DNA from: a virus
Virus record (IMG/VR): IMGVR_UViG_3300018080_000121
Location: 32,001-96,000 of that record
Direction: 5' to 3' (one strand)
Length of the DNA: 64,000 nt
Under the pieces are notes generated by a model. That model made no database searches. It saw nothing but the letters and a program-made list of their open reading frames with translations, and was not told the DNA's origin. The number at the start of each line of letters is the position of its first letter. Within the stretch, counting starts at the first letter, position 1. Both the position numbers and the translations under genes were made by a program. This document shows, piece after piece, positions 19,050 to 27,842 of this stretch.

Positions 19050-19634
19050 ATGGATAGATCTAAAATTCTAATGGGAGCAAGTGTTGCCCCATTGGAGATG
19101 GATGATGAGGATCTTTGGGGACAGCAAGAAGACGCTTCTATCCAGTATGATGTTCTAGAATTAGTTGACGCTATTGATAAGTTAGAGTTTAAGTCTTTAT
19201 ACTTAAACTCAATTAATAATATCAAAGCAGAAACAGTACCTGCTCAACGAGACTTTTGTCAGAAGTTTCTTATAAAAGTAAAAGAATTATATGATTTTGA
19301 GTTTCTCCCACATCCCGAATTAGAAAACCAAATCGACATGAACAACGTTTATGATCTTTTAGAGTTTCTGAATTTTGGGTGTATACCCTTCCTTGGGGAT
19401 GTGTGGAGATTCCTCAAAGTCGATTTAAGAAAAATTGATGTGATATCTTTCTGCACCCAAAACGAGGATAAAGTTATCTCTGAGATTGAGGACCAGATTC
19501 AATCACACGATTATAGCGAGTTAATTTCTATATTTCTTAGAACATATAATAAAGAAAGTATGGTAAGTTGGTTTGCGAGAATGACCCAACGTTATAAAAT
19601 GTTGGTGTTACTAAGAATCGCGGAAGGGATGTAA
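19050..19634 (+). CDS. Hypothetical protein
   Basis: 194-aa ORF, tightly packed in the operon. Confidence 0.65.
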   Translation: MDRSKILMGASVAPLEMDDEDLWGQQEDASIQYDVLELVDAIDKLEFKSLYLNSINNIKAETVPAQRDFCQKFLIKVKELYDFEFLPHPELENQIDMNNVYDLLEFLNFGCIPFLGDVWRFLKVDLRKIDVISFCTQNEDKVISEIEDQIQSHDYSELISIFLRTYNKESMVSWFARMTQRYKMLVLLRIAEGM

Positions 19635-19635
19635 A

Positions 19636-19893
19636 ATGAGTGAATTTCGAATTGAGTTAAAGAAAGGGTCTGCTAAATTAGTGGCTGACCGAGAAGAACT
19701 GGTTGGAGTTTCTGAAACACATGAAGGTCTTGTATTCAATTTCAAGGGCGGTATGAATGTTGTAATACATGATGATTATATGTCCAGTTCTGTGAAGAAA
19801 AGGGTTACTAATGCAGATCGTCAATTTGCTGAGGGAAATCTCATTTTTGATATGGATAATCCTCGGGCACCTGTCCTTGTGGACACCACTTAA
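19636..19893 (+). CDS. Hypothetical protein
   Basis: 85-aa ORF ending the module. Confidence 0.6.
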   Translation: MSEFRIELKKGSAKLVADREELVGVSETHEGLVFNFKGGMNVVIHDDYMSSSVKKRVTNADRQFAEGNLIFDMDNPRAPVLVDTT

Positions 19894-19913
19894 AAATTCT
19901 ATATAAAAATCAA

Positions 19914-19930
19914 GATCTATATATATTAAT
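19914..19930 (+). promoter_or_regulatory. AT-rich promoter-like motif GATCTATATATATTAAT
   Basis: Start of the large intergenic gap; shares the TATATATAT(A/T)A core with 8171-8184. Confidence 0.45.
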
Positions 19931-20132
19931 ATACAGATAGGAATATTTGTATTTACAGATGTTCCTGAATACCAATCAATTAAAACACAGATAAGGGGAT
20001 AAGTTTGCAATCACATAGTCGATTTCGAAAAACGGGAGGTATGGGTTTCTTCCGTTGTCATGGAAAGGGGGTGGGGCGACTGGGTCGTTGGGCAATTCAG
20101 GTTAACCATTAGGGCAGCAAGAAGGGAACGAG

Positions 20133-20309
20133 GTGGCGAAGAAACAGGACGTGAAGAAGCTGAGAAGAAGAGTCATACATTATTATGAGCAGGCAGCGCT
20201 ACCTGTACTTATTAAAGAAGCGCAGGATCTTGGACTACGAATTCCGAAAGCCATTTTAATGGAATTTGAAAAAACGCGTCAAGATTCTCCAATGCACAAC
20301 CAAGGCTAA
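20133..20309 (+). CDS. Small basic hypothetical protein (58 aa, GTG start)
   Basis: Translated by hand: MAKKQDVKKLRRRVIHYYEQAALPVLIKEAQDLGLRIPKAILMEFEKTRQDSPMHNQG; AAGGGA upstream; below the ORF-track cutoff. Confidence 0.45.
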   Translation: MAKKQDVKKLRRRVIHYYEQAALPVLIKEAQDLGLRIPKAILMEFEKTRQDSPMHNQG

Positions 20310-20337
20310 ATAACGATAGTGATGACCAACCTCGACG

Positions 20338-20366
20338 TTGGAGATTGCTATTGTATCGTATATAAT
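20338..20366 (+). promoter_or_regulatory. Sigma70/sigmaA-type promoter TTGGAG-N17-TATAAT
   Basis: Perfect -10 hexamer at 20361-20366, 4/6 match -35 at 20338-20343, 17-nt spacer; ~50 nt upstream of the long hairpin. Confidence 0.55.
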
Positions 20367-20416
20367 GATCGACGCACCCGACTGCGATCGATGGTTATGT
20401 CAAATTTAGACAATGC

Positions 20417-20528
20417 GAGTCGCTAGCACTTGACTGCTAGGAACTCCATTCTAATCTTATGTCTAATCCTTAATTGGATTAGGTGTTTGATTGGAATGGG
20501 GTTTCTAGTGGTCAAGTGCTGGCGACTC
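20417..20528 (+). ncRNA. Candidate structured RNA: 112-nt hairpin (40-bp plus 11-bp stems)
   Basis: 20417-20456 pairs with 20489-20528 (34 WC + 6 G.U, no mismatch); 2x2 U/U loop; 20459-20469 pairs with 20476-20486 (8 WC + 3 G.U); 6-nt loop TTAATT. Confidence 0.7.
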
Positions 20529-20588
20529 ACGCCTAAACCGTTTTCCGTTTTTGTCGTTTTTCGTTTGAATATTTTCGGGAGGTGCTTA

Positions 20589-21161
20589 ATGAGATTTGTC
20601 TCGGCTGAGCAATTTATAGAAAAGCTTGGCTGCAGGGTCTATCCGATAACACTGATTAAGTTTATGTTGAATAAACGGAGAATTTTACGTTACATTTCAG
20701 CAGCGGCAGGTGATGACTTTAAAGCAGCTAGCTACCAGGTGGGTCCAGAAGGATGCGAAGTATGTGAAAGTAAGAAAGAACAGAATATTCTATGTAGACA
20801 ACATACATCTATCCATCGTGTTCTTAATACTGACACAGTAGCATTTGATTTGGATACCAATTTGTACTTCTACAAGAATGAGATTTTTCGTATGGTAGGT
20901 AATCGACTTGTAATCGTATATTGTCCACATACAAAATTGATTATGGGTGAGCTTACCGACGATAAAGTACGGAAGGTAATTCCAATCACTGTAGAAGACC
21001 CTAAACTTACCTCCCTTCCTCAATATGCGAATGTTAAGAAATTTATATCTACCGAATTGATGTATAATCATATGAAATGCTGGTTTGACAGGGAGTTTTC
21101 AATAGTTACACTTCCAGATAATGGCGGAAGTAGTAATTGGTGTCTTATTACTAACAGATAG
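20589..21161 (+). CDS. Hypothetical protein with CxxC..CxxH Zn-finger-like motif
   Basis: Same frame as ORF-track 20430-21161, but ATG at 20589 follows GGGAGGTG; CEVC..CRQH. Confidence 0.7.
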   Translation: MRFVSAEQFIEKLGCRVYPITLIKFMLNKRRILRYISAAAGDDFKAASYQVGPEGCEVCESKKEQNILCRQHTSIHRVLNTDTVAFDLDTNLYFYKNEIFRMVGNRLVIVYCPHTKLIMGELTDDKVRKVIPITVEDPKLTSLPQYANVKKFISTELMYNHMKCWFDREFSIVTLPDNGGSSNWCLITNR

Positions 21162-21174
21162 GAGGATTTAAGAA

Positions 21175-22107
21175 ATGAGTAGTTACGAAGAGTACGCGGG
21201 TCTGGGAGAGACCGGGTATGAAGATCAAGAGCCAGTAAAGCCGGAGGATGAGTTTTTCCACGCCTTGTATATAGCTGGAAACTCAAGAGAAAACCATGCG
21301 GGTATTACTGAGCAATCAGGAAAGTTGCAGATAAGAGGTGTTGAGTATAATCTAGATGCCATAAATATGGTTATTACCCATGTTAAGAAAGTTCTGGTGA
21401 AGTCATCGAGAGATGCAAAGGGCAGAGAGAAACTGGAATGCTTCAGTTATAAAAAAGAGCCAAGACCTCCGTGGCATGGATTTGAAAATCGAGTATGTGG
21501 TTCTAACTCTGCTGAAAGAGCTGCAGATCAATGGTGCCAAGACTGTCGTGAACAGATTATCGTCGCCGGACTTTATTGTGATGCAAAGGGCAAACCGATC
21601 CTCAGCGAGGAGAAGAGACCCATTTTTATCTTTCTCAGGGGTAAGGGTATGAAATACAGTAATGTATCTGAGTACCTTGGGAGCATGTTTAAGTTGGATC
21701 TTGAACCAATGTTCCAACCTGTTACGGAAGAGAGCAAAGCGTTTGAGAAGAAAGTTGTGAATAACAAACGATTTGTTACTCAAATTGGAATGGGAAAACA
21801 ATCCTCGAATTATGGCGATAAAGATGTTTTCACTTTGACCAATACGGTTCAACTCGAAAACAAAAACGTACTTGAAGTATTGAAGATTGCGAAGCAGACT
21901 CAGGATAAATTCAATGAGAAAATGGACTGGACAAGGACTCCATCGACAAGTGGATATTCTCCGCAACAAGCTCCTGTTGACCAGTCCAATGTGATTCCTG
22001 ATTCTGAAGGGGGAGAAGCTCCAAAGCAACAAGAAGCATCTCCCGCTCAGCAACCACAACAAGCTCCAAAAGACGAGACCTTTAATTTTGAAGACATCAA
22101 TTTCTAA
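21175..22107 (+). CDS. Probable single-stranded DNA-binding protein
   Basis: Beta-rich core, Q/P/A linker and acidic-aromatic C-tail DETFNFEDINF typical of SSBs; first large gene of the replication module. Confidence 0.5.
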   Translation: MSSYEEYAGLGETGYEDQEPVKPEDEFFHALYIAGNSRENHAGITEQSGKLQIRGVEYNLDAINMVITHVKKVLVKSSRDAKGREKLECFSYKKEPRPPWHGFENRVCGSNSAERAADQWCQDCREQIIVAGLYCDAKGKPILSEEKRPIFIFLRGKGMKYSNVSEYLGSMFKLDLEPMFQPVTEESKAFEKKVVNNKRFVTQIGMGKQSSNYGDKDVFTLTNTVQLENKNVLEVLKIAKQTQDKFNEKMDWTRTPSTSGYSPQQAPVDQSNVIPDSEGGEAPKQQEASPAQQPQQAPKDETFNFEDINF

Positions 22108-22303
22108 GGTCACTGATGTAAAATGTGTCGATGGAAAACGGCATAAGTGGGATAAAACAATCAAACATTGGGCGTGGTGTAAGAAATGTGGTTCTATAAC
22201 TAAGTTTCATTATCGCGCTCATCATGACAAACCATGGACACGAGTAAAAGAAAAAAGTATGCATGGCAATTATTTGATTGGAATTCCAGAACATTTACTC
22301 TAA
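22088..22303 (+). CDS. Small Cys/His protein (C..H..CxxC)
   Basis: KCVDGKRHKW..WCKKCG. Confidence 0.5.
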   Translation: MKTSISKVTDVKCVDGKRHKWDKTIKHWAWCKKCGSITKFHYRAHHDKPWTRVKEKSMHGNYLIGIPEHLL

Positions 22304-22358
22304 AGGATGAACCTATGGGAGGGACAAGATGTCCCTCCCTTCAGAAAGGATGTTAAAC

Positions 22359-22715
22359 ATGAAGAGCCCTTGCGATGACTGTGTTGTTAGTATAATGTGC
22401 ACGGCGATGTGTGAGGAAGCTCTACCATATTACAAGAGTCTTGCCACTAAAGACCAAACCTTTGACCATGATCATTATTTCCATCGTGTTGAAAAGTATT
22501 GGGAGGACAAGGCGAGTGGGGTAGAGAGTCCCACGTCAATAAGGACAGAAGATTCTAATATAGAGTTACACCCAAAGGAGAAGAACGATGGCAAGAAACG
22601 TAGAACAAAAGTACTTCGAAAGATTGGACATCGCTGTGCTTCCTATCTCAAAGATAAAGTCCTTAATAAAAGGAGACATCTTGGGAACGCTGAATGCGTG
22701 GAGCAGCGGTCGTAA
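22359..22715 (+). CDS. PCxxC-x5-C-x3-C family small protein (copy 1)
   Basis: MKSPCDDCVVSIMCTAMCEE; ATG at 22359 after AAAGGA. Confidence 0.6.
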   Translation: MKSPCDDCVVSIMCTAMCEEALPYYKSLATKDQTFDHDHYFHRVEKYWEDKASGVESPTSIRTEDSNIELHPKEKNDGKKRRTKVLRKIGHRCASYLKDKVLNKRRHLGNAECVEQRS

Positions 22716-23811
22716 TGTTGATAAACAATGTTTTCATATAGTCGGACCCGCCGGAGTGGGAAAGACTCAAATTTGTGAACAGATACAAATCGAACTTACC
22801 GAAGAATTGAAACAGCCGGTTGAGATGATTATGGTCAAATCACCGGTCCTGTCCAGAGATGATTTCATTATCCCATTTCCGATTGTGGATAATGGAAATA
22901 CATCATTCCGAATGTTATATTCCGACTTCGTTCCGAAAGATCCAGATAGTATTGGACTATTTGTGATCGACGAATTCTCAAGAGGTGATCACTCACTTCA
23001 ACAATTGCTGTGGCAAGTACAAAATGAGTATAAGGTCCACTTGTATGATTTTCCAAAGAAGTGGTTTGTTATCTCTATTGATAACCCTGATGACTCTGAA
23101 TACCAAATGGATACAATGGAAGACGCTGCTGGGTTGAGGAGGCAGCTACATCTGTATACTGAGGTTAGTGTTCCAGACTTCTTGTCCCATGCGATGAAGA
23201 AGGAGTTCCACCCAACAATTATTCAATTTATCCAAGCTCATCCGGACTTTCTCTATGACTTTAATGCTCAGAAGGTTGGCGCGGTATTTTCTAACCCAGC
23301 AAGTTACGAGAAGTTGTCTGACCAAATGTGGAAGTTTGAGTTGGGTAGAGGAATTAAAGAAAGTTACAATGAGATAGAGCCACTTGCTGCTGGATTGCTT
23401 AATTCCAGTAAAGCAAGAATGTTTATCGAGTTCATCCAAGAAGGAAAGGATGTGAACCCAAGAGATATCTTTTATGATTATAAGAAGAAAGTACGTCCGA
23501 TAATCATAAATCTCAAAAGAGAAAAAGATAATGCCACTCTTGGAAATATTATGACTGGGTTCTTGACCTTTGTGACATCGGAACGTCCGACTCATACAAC
23601 AAAGAAAATTAAGGATAATGTCTCTCAGTTTTTGGTTGATATGCCTATTGATACTTCGGCAATCTTTATGTCATCTCTTGATGGTATGGAGAGGACTTCA
23701 CCAGAGTTTGTATACATGGCGGAATTCCATCGAGCATTGTTGGAACATGGTGATACATACCGTGTACACTTTTATGAAAAGGCGATCCAAGCAGCTGAAA
23801 ATGGGAGGTAG
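22588..23811 (+). CDS. MoxR-like AAA+ ATPase
   Basis: Walker A GPAGVGKT, Walker B FVIDEF, adjacent to a vWA gene. Confidence 0.85.
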   Translation: MARNVEQKYFERLDIAVLPISKIKSLIKGDILGTLNAWSSGRNVDKQCFHIVGPAGVGKTQICEQIQIELTEELKQPVEMIMVKSPVLSRDDFIIPFPIVDNGNTSFRMLYSDFVPKDPDSIGLFVIDEFSRGDHSLQQLLWQVQNEYKVHLYDFPKKWFVISIDNPDDSEYQMDTMEDAAGLRRQLHLYTEVSVPDFLSHAMKKEFHPTIIQFIQAHPDFLYDFNAQKVGAVFSNPASYEKLSDQMWKFELGRGIKESYNEIEPLAAGLLNSSKARMFIEFIQEGKDVNPRDIFYDYKKKVRPIIINLKREKDNATLGNIMTGFLTFVTSERPTHTTKKIKDNVSQFLVDMPIDTSAIFMSSLDGMERTSPEFVYMAEFHRALLEHGDTYRVHFYEKAIQAAENGR

Positions 23812-23813
23812 GT

Positions 23814-25100
23814 ATGGAACAAAGCGAGAGATTACGAGAATTAGTAGCTGTGATGACATTTCAAAACAGTTACTGGGGTTATCTCTTTGCTAGGATTCGT
23901 CGAGTTGAAGATTCAAATCTTCCATCAATTATGGGTGTTAGTCCAAATTCGGACGGAACTATTTCATTAAGATTTCATCCGGAGTTAGTAAGAGATACAG
24001 ATGATGAAAATTTGAAATGGATCCTTGAGCATGAAGGAATGCATGTATTGAATAAACATATTCCAAGGCTCTTAACTATCTTAGCCAATGAGGTTGATCA
24101 GAAGCGAGAAATGGCTAAGATGGCAGTTTGGAATATTGCTGCGGATTGTGCAGTTAACGTGGCTATTGCAATACCCAAAATCTTAAAGATTGGTGGGAGA
24201 CCATGGACTGGTCAACATCCAGACTTATATGGACTACCAGACGATAGATCGACTGAGTATTATTTCTCCAAACTAATGAGTGAATACGATTCAATGGAGT
24301 CGGAAGGTGGAGAAGGTTCAGGAGAAGATTTGTTTGGTATGGCTGACGATGTAGATGACCATGGCTCATGGGGTAACGTAACAAAACAAGTAACAGATGT
24401 TGGATCTTTAGCAAGAAAGATTGACGGATATACAAAGAAGATAATCAAAGAATCTTTGAAAGCTGCTGGTAGGAATCGTGGTACAATACCCGGTCATATT
24501 ATGGAGCTTATTGAGTCTGCTCTTGAACCTCCAAAGGTCCCGTATTACCAATTAATCCGGCGACTTATAAGAGGCTCAAAAATGAGCAAATTCAAACGAG
24601 CATTCACAAAGGTGAATCGAAAACGAACTTATGTGTTTACAATCGGAGAACTAAATATCCCTCAAATCTCGCCGTTTCCAGGGAGAACCAGAGACTTTAC
24701 ATTCAATATCTGTGTCCTAATTGATACCTCCGGAAGTATGTCACCGGATGATATTAAAGAAGGTCTCTCAGGAGTTAAGAACATAATCGAGAATGATAGA
24801 CATTGTAAGTTGACCGTTCTTGAGAATGATACACATCTCCAAAAAGAGTACGAATGTAAAAAGATTCGTGATATTGATTTTGAAGTAAAAGGTCGTGGTG
24901 GAACTATACTCGAACCAGGACTGAGAAGAGCGAGAGAATTGAGACCGGATGTAACCTTATGTTTTACAGATGGTTACTGTGATGATATTAACACTTTACC
25001 CAGAAAGATACTTCCTCGAAAGTTAATCTGGGCGATCCAACAAAATGGTACAGCTGAACATGTGAATAAAACTGGATACATAGTGAGGATTGAAAAATGA
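23814..25100 (+). CDS. Putative metallopeptidase-vWA fusion (DUF2201-like)
   Basis: HEGMH, WNIAADCAVN, DDHGSW, MIDAS motif IDTSGSMS, GRGGT, FTDGY. Confidence 0.85.
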   Translation: MEQSERLRELVAVMTFQNSYWGYLFARIRRVEDSNLPSIMGVSPNSDGTISLRFHPELVRDTDDENLKWILEHEGMHVLNKHIPRLLTILANEVDQKREMAKMAVWNIAADCAVNVAIAIPKILKIGGRPWTGQHPDLYGLPDDRSTEYYFSKLMSEYDSMESEGGEGSGEDLFGMADDVDDHGSWGNVTKQVTDVGSLARKIDGYTKKIIKESLKAAGRNRGTIPGHIMELIESALEPPKVPYYQLIRRLIRGSKMSKFKRAFTKVNRKRTYVFTIGELNIPQISPFPGRTRDFTFNICVLIDTSGSMSPDDIKEGLSGVKNIIENDRHCKLTVLENDTHLQKEYECKKIRDIDFEVKGRGGTILEPGLRRARELRPDVTLCFTDGYCDDINTLPRKILPRKLIWAIQQNGTAEHVNKTGYIVRIEK

Positions 25101-25269
25101 TACCAGAATGGGGATGTTTCAAAGGGTTAACGTTTATGTGACTTCCACTTCAATATTGGCTACGTGTTAGCGAATTGGCGTTTATAGTCTGGGCTGTTTT
25201 TATGATCTTTACATTTACAATGATTTACCAACTCATAAAGATGGGCGCAAATGAATTTGGCGTAACGAA

Positions 25270-25722
25270 GTGGGAATTTATCAAGGACATGTTCAAGGAG
25301 ACGTATGGATGGATATGGAAAAAGAAATAGCAAATAAAATCATGCTACTTGGTAAGTGGAGCAATCCGAAACCAGGAACCGGAGCTTCTGTTATGTATCG
25401 TGCAGCTTGTGATTGTACCGATCCTGATTGTGATATCACAATAGATATGGAATATGACCCAGATTTTGGTATGATAGATCTCATGTTTTATAAAGATGTT
25501 CATACGTTTGACGAAGTATGGGACCCAGAAACTGGAGCAGATCATATTCGCAATATCATAGGACGAATCAAGAAAGCACTAAAATTGATCTTTACTGGGC
25601 GATTAAAAATGGAAGAGTCGTTCCATATCCAAGGTGAAGACCAAATTGATGGATGGATAGAAGCTCTACGAAAGGGGAAGGAGTTCATATTAGAGGACTT
25701 AAGAAAGATGCAAGAGGAGTAG
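25270..25722 (+). CDS. Hypothetical protein (start uncertain)
   Basis: ORF containing CDCTDPDC; ends just before the topoisomerase B gene. Confidence 0.6.
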   Translation: MGIYQGHVQGDVWMDMEKEIANKIMLLGKWSNPKPGTGASVMYRAACDCTDPDCDITIDMEYDPDFGMIDLMFYKDVHTFDEVWDPETGADHIRNIIGRIKKALKLIFTGRLKMEESFHIQGEDQIDGWIEALRKGKEFILEDLRKMQEE

Positions 25723-25724
25723 AT

Positions 25725-27515
25725 ATGGCACAATATACTGCGAAAGATATAAGAACGCTTAATCCAATGGAGCAGATACGTCTCTCTCCAGGTATGTGGA
25801 TTGGTCCTACAGAAGATCCACACCACCTAATTGAAGAGGCGTTGGATAATGCTCTGGATGAAGCTCAAGGAGGACACGTGTCAATAATCGCTGTGAATAT
25901 TGACACAAAGAATAATGTCTGTGCAGTTATAGATAATGGAAGAGGTATTCCAATATCTGACAATACTCCTGTAAAGATTTCTACTGAGTTATTCTCAGGA
26001 GCAAAATTCCAGGACAAAAAGACTGCATATGAAATAGCGAGTGGTCTTCATGGTGTTGGTCTTGTTGCTGTGAATGCTTTGAGTACAGATTACGAAGTAG
26101 ACATTTACAGGAATGGTAAGCATGGATATTTCCTTTTTAAAGATGGGAAGTTGAAAAAGAAGTACATTAAACCATTCAAAAGTGAAAAACCTTTTTCAAC
26201 GAAGATTCAATTCAAACCAAACCCAAAAACATTTGAAAGTACAATTCCGGATCTAGATCGAATAAGGAGACGGTTGAGTACAGCATCTGCGGAGATGGGG
26301 AAAAAGATTTCTTTTGTATTACAGGTAGATAACAAGAAAGAGGTATTCAAATTATCTCTAACGGATCACTTTGGACAGCATTGTTTAAATAATGGAGAAG
26401 AGAATACGGGTATAGCTGGATTGAAATCGTCCATAACACCTGAAGCATTTAATGTTCTCTTGTCATATTCTTTGAATGGTAGTATGACTCCAAAGGTTTT
26501 GTCATCTGTAAATCTTCTTCCGGTCGACTCAGGTGGGACACACGTCAATTGTTTTTACGATATTTTGAGAGAGTTCTTCTCTGCGAAAGCAAAGAAAGCG
26601 GGATATCGTTTCCTTCCAAATGATTGTCTGATTGGTCTGAGAGCATATTTAATGCTCAGTCTAAGAGAACCAAAGTTCTCAAGTCAGACAAAAGAGAAAC
26701 TTACCAACAGAAAAACTGACATGGAGAAATTGTCAGCTCAACTCAAAACACAAATCGAAACCTACTTTACAAAACACGGGGACAAATTAGAACTGCTACT
26801 CCAGCGTTTCGCAGACTATCGAGCGCGACTGGAAGCGAAGAAGATCAAAACCGCACCCAACGGAAAGAGAGTAGCTACGAAATTCACAAAGCTGAGAGAC
26901 TGTACGTCAAAAATGGGTGAACTGTTTATAGTAGAAGGAGATTCAGCAGGCGGCGGTTTTGTATCTTGTCGTGATCCAAGGAAGCATGCAATCTTACCTT
27001 TGAGAGGAAAAATTCCTTCAGCTGCAAGTGCGAAAGACATCTTAAAGAATAAGGAAATTGGAGAACTGATTCAGTCGTTAGGAACGGGTGTTGGACCTAC
27101 TTTCAATTTGAAGAATTTGAAGTATAATAAGATTATATGTGCTACAGATGCTGACGAGGATGGGTATCATATTCTCTGTCTTGTTACTCTGGTTTTAGCA
27201 GTTCTAGTCCCCGAAGTCATTAAAGCTGGTAAGTATTATTTCGTCCAGACTCCACTGTGGGCTATAAATGAAAGAAAAACATTTACCCCAATCTGGACAG
27301 ATGAAGAACTTACAAAAGCGAGAGAAGCAAATCGACATCTAACTCGACTCAAAGGGTTGGGTGAATTGAATCCTGACCAATTGAAAGTTGTTACGATTGA
27401 CTCAACAAGAAAACTTGTACCGATTCCATACACAAAGAATCTCGGAAAGATCATAAAACTCTTTTCGGACTCAAGTCAAAAACGAAAACTTCTAGAAGGA
27501 AAATGGAAAGTATAG
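25725..27515 (+). CDS. gyrB: Type IIA topoisomerase subunit B (GyrB/ParE-like)
   Basis: IRLSPGMWIG, EEALDNALDE, DNGRGIP, SGLHGVG, EGDSAGG, LRGKI, TDADEDG, LKGLGELNP; ATG at 25725 after GAGGAG. Confidence 0.95.
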   Translation: MAQYTAKDIRTLNPMEQIRLSPGMWIGPTEDPHHLIEEALDNALDEAQGGHVSIIAVNIDTKNNVCAVIDNGRGIPISDNTPVKISTELFSGAKFQDKKTAYEIASGLHGVGLVAVNALSTDYEVDIYRNGKHGYFLFKDGKLKKKYIKPFKSEKPFSTKIQFKPNPKTFESTIPDLDRIRRRLSTASAEMGKKISFVLQVDNKKEVFKLSLTDHFGQHCLNNGEENTGIAGLKSSITPEAFNVLLSYSLNGSMTPKVLSSVNLLPVDSGGTHVNCFYDILREFFSAKAKKAGYRFLPNDCLIGLRAYLMLSLREPKFSSQTKEKLTNRKTDMEKLSAQLKTQIETYFTKHGDKLELLLQRFADYRARLEAKKIKTAPNGKRVATKFTKLRDCTSKMGELFIVEGDSAGGGFVSCRDPRKHAILPLRGKIPSAASAKDILKNKEIGELIQSLGTGVGPTFNLKNLKYNKIICATDADEDGYHILCLVTLVLAVLVPEVIKAGKYYFVQTPLWAINERKTFTPIWTDEELTKAREANRHLTRLKGLGELNPDQLKVVTIDSTRKLVPIPYTKNLGKIIKLFSDSSQKRKLLEGKWKV

Positions 27516-27524
27516 GAGGTGTAA

Positions 27525-27686
27525 ATGTCCCAGAAGAGAAAAAATAGCACCCCAGCTAGGACCCGGTATAATGCTGAGAAGAGATGGGAAGTCAATAAAC
27601 TGAAAAAACAAGAGAAGCACAAAAAACGTGTGGAGAAGAAGGCTCAAAGGAAAAAGGACCGTGAAAATACTGAATCCATGTCGTAA
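27525..27686 (+). CDS. Small highly basic protein (53 aa)
   Basis: Hand-translated MSQKRKNSTPARTRYNAEKRWEVNKLKKQEKHKKRVEKKAQRKKDRENTESMS; AGGAGGTG RBS. Confidence 0.7.
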   Translation: MSQKRKNSTPARTRYNAEKRWEVNKLKKQEKHKKRVEKKAQRKKDRENTESMS

Positions 27687-27831
27687 TTGTGTGATCAAAA
27701 TGTGTTGTACATGTCGGTGTCCTGATCGTCGGGATTACTGGGATACGAGAGAAAATTTTTCTTGGTGGATAGCTCACGCTTGTAAGTGGGTTGCAACGAT
27801 TAATATCATTTATATATTCTTTGTAAAATGA
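27661..27831 (+). CDS. PCxxC-x5-C-x3-C family small protein (copy 2)
   Basis: NPCRNCVIKMCCTCRCPD; GTG at 27661 after AAAGGA. Confidence 0.6.
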   Translation: MKILNPCRNCVIKMCCTCRCPDRRDYWDTRENFSWWIAHACKWVATINIIYIFFVK

Positions 27832-27842
27832 GAGGGAGATAA

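Noticed and set aside
20041-20112. 23-codon ORF MGFFRCHGKGVGRLGRWAIQVNH behind GGGAGGT
   Set aside because: The SD abuts the ATG with no spacer and is buried in a hairpin; more likely RNA structure.
20430-20588. 53-aa N-terminal extension of the 243-aa ORF in the track
   Set aside because: TTG start lies inside the long hairpin with no RBS; ATG at 20589 has GGGAGGTG.
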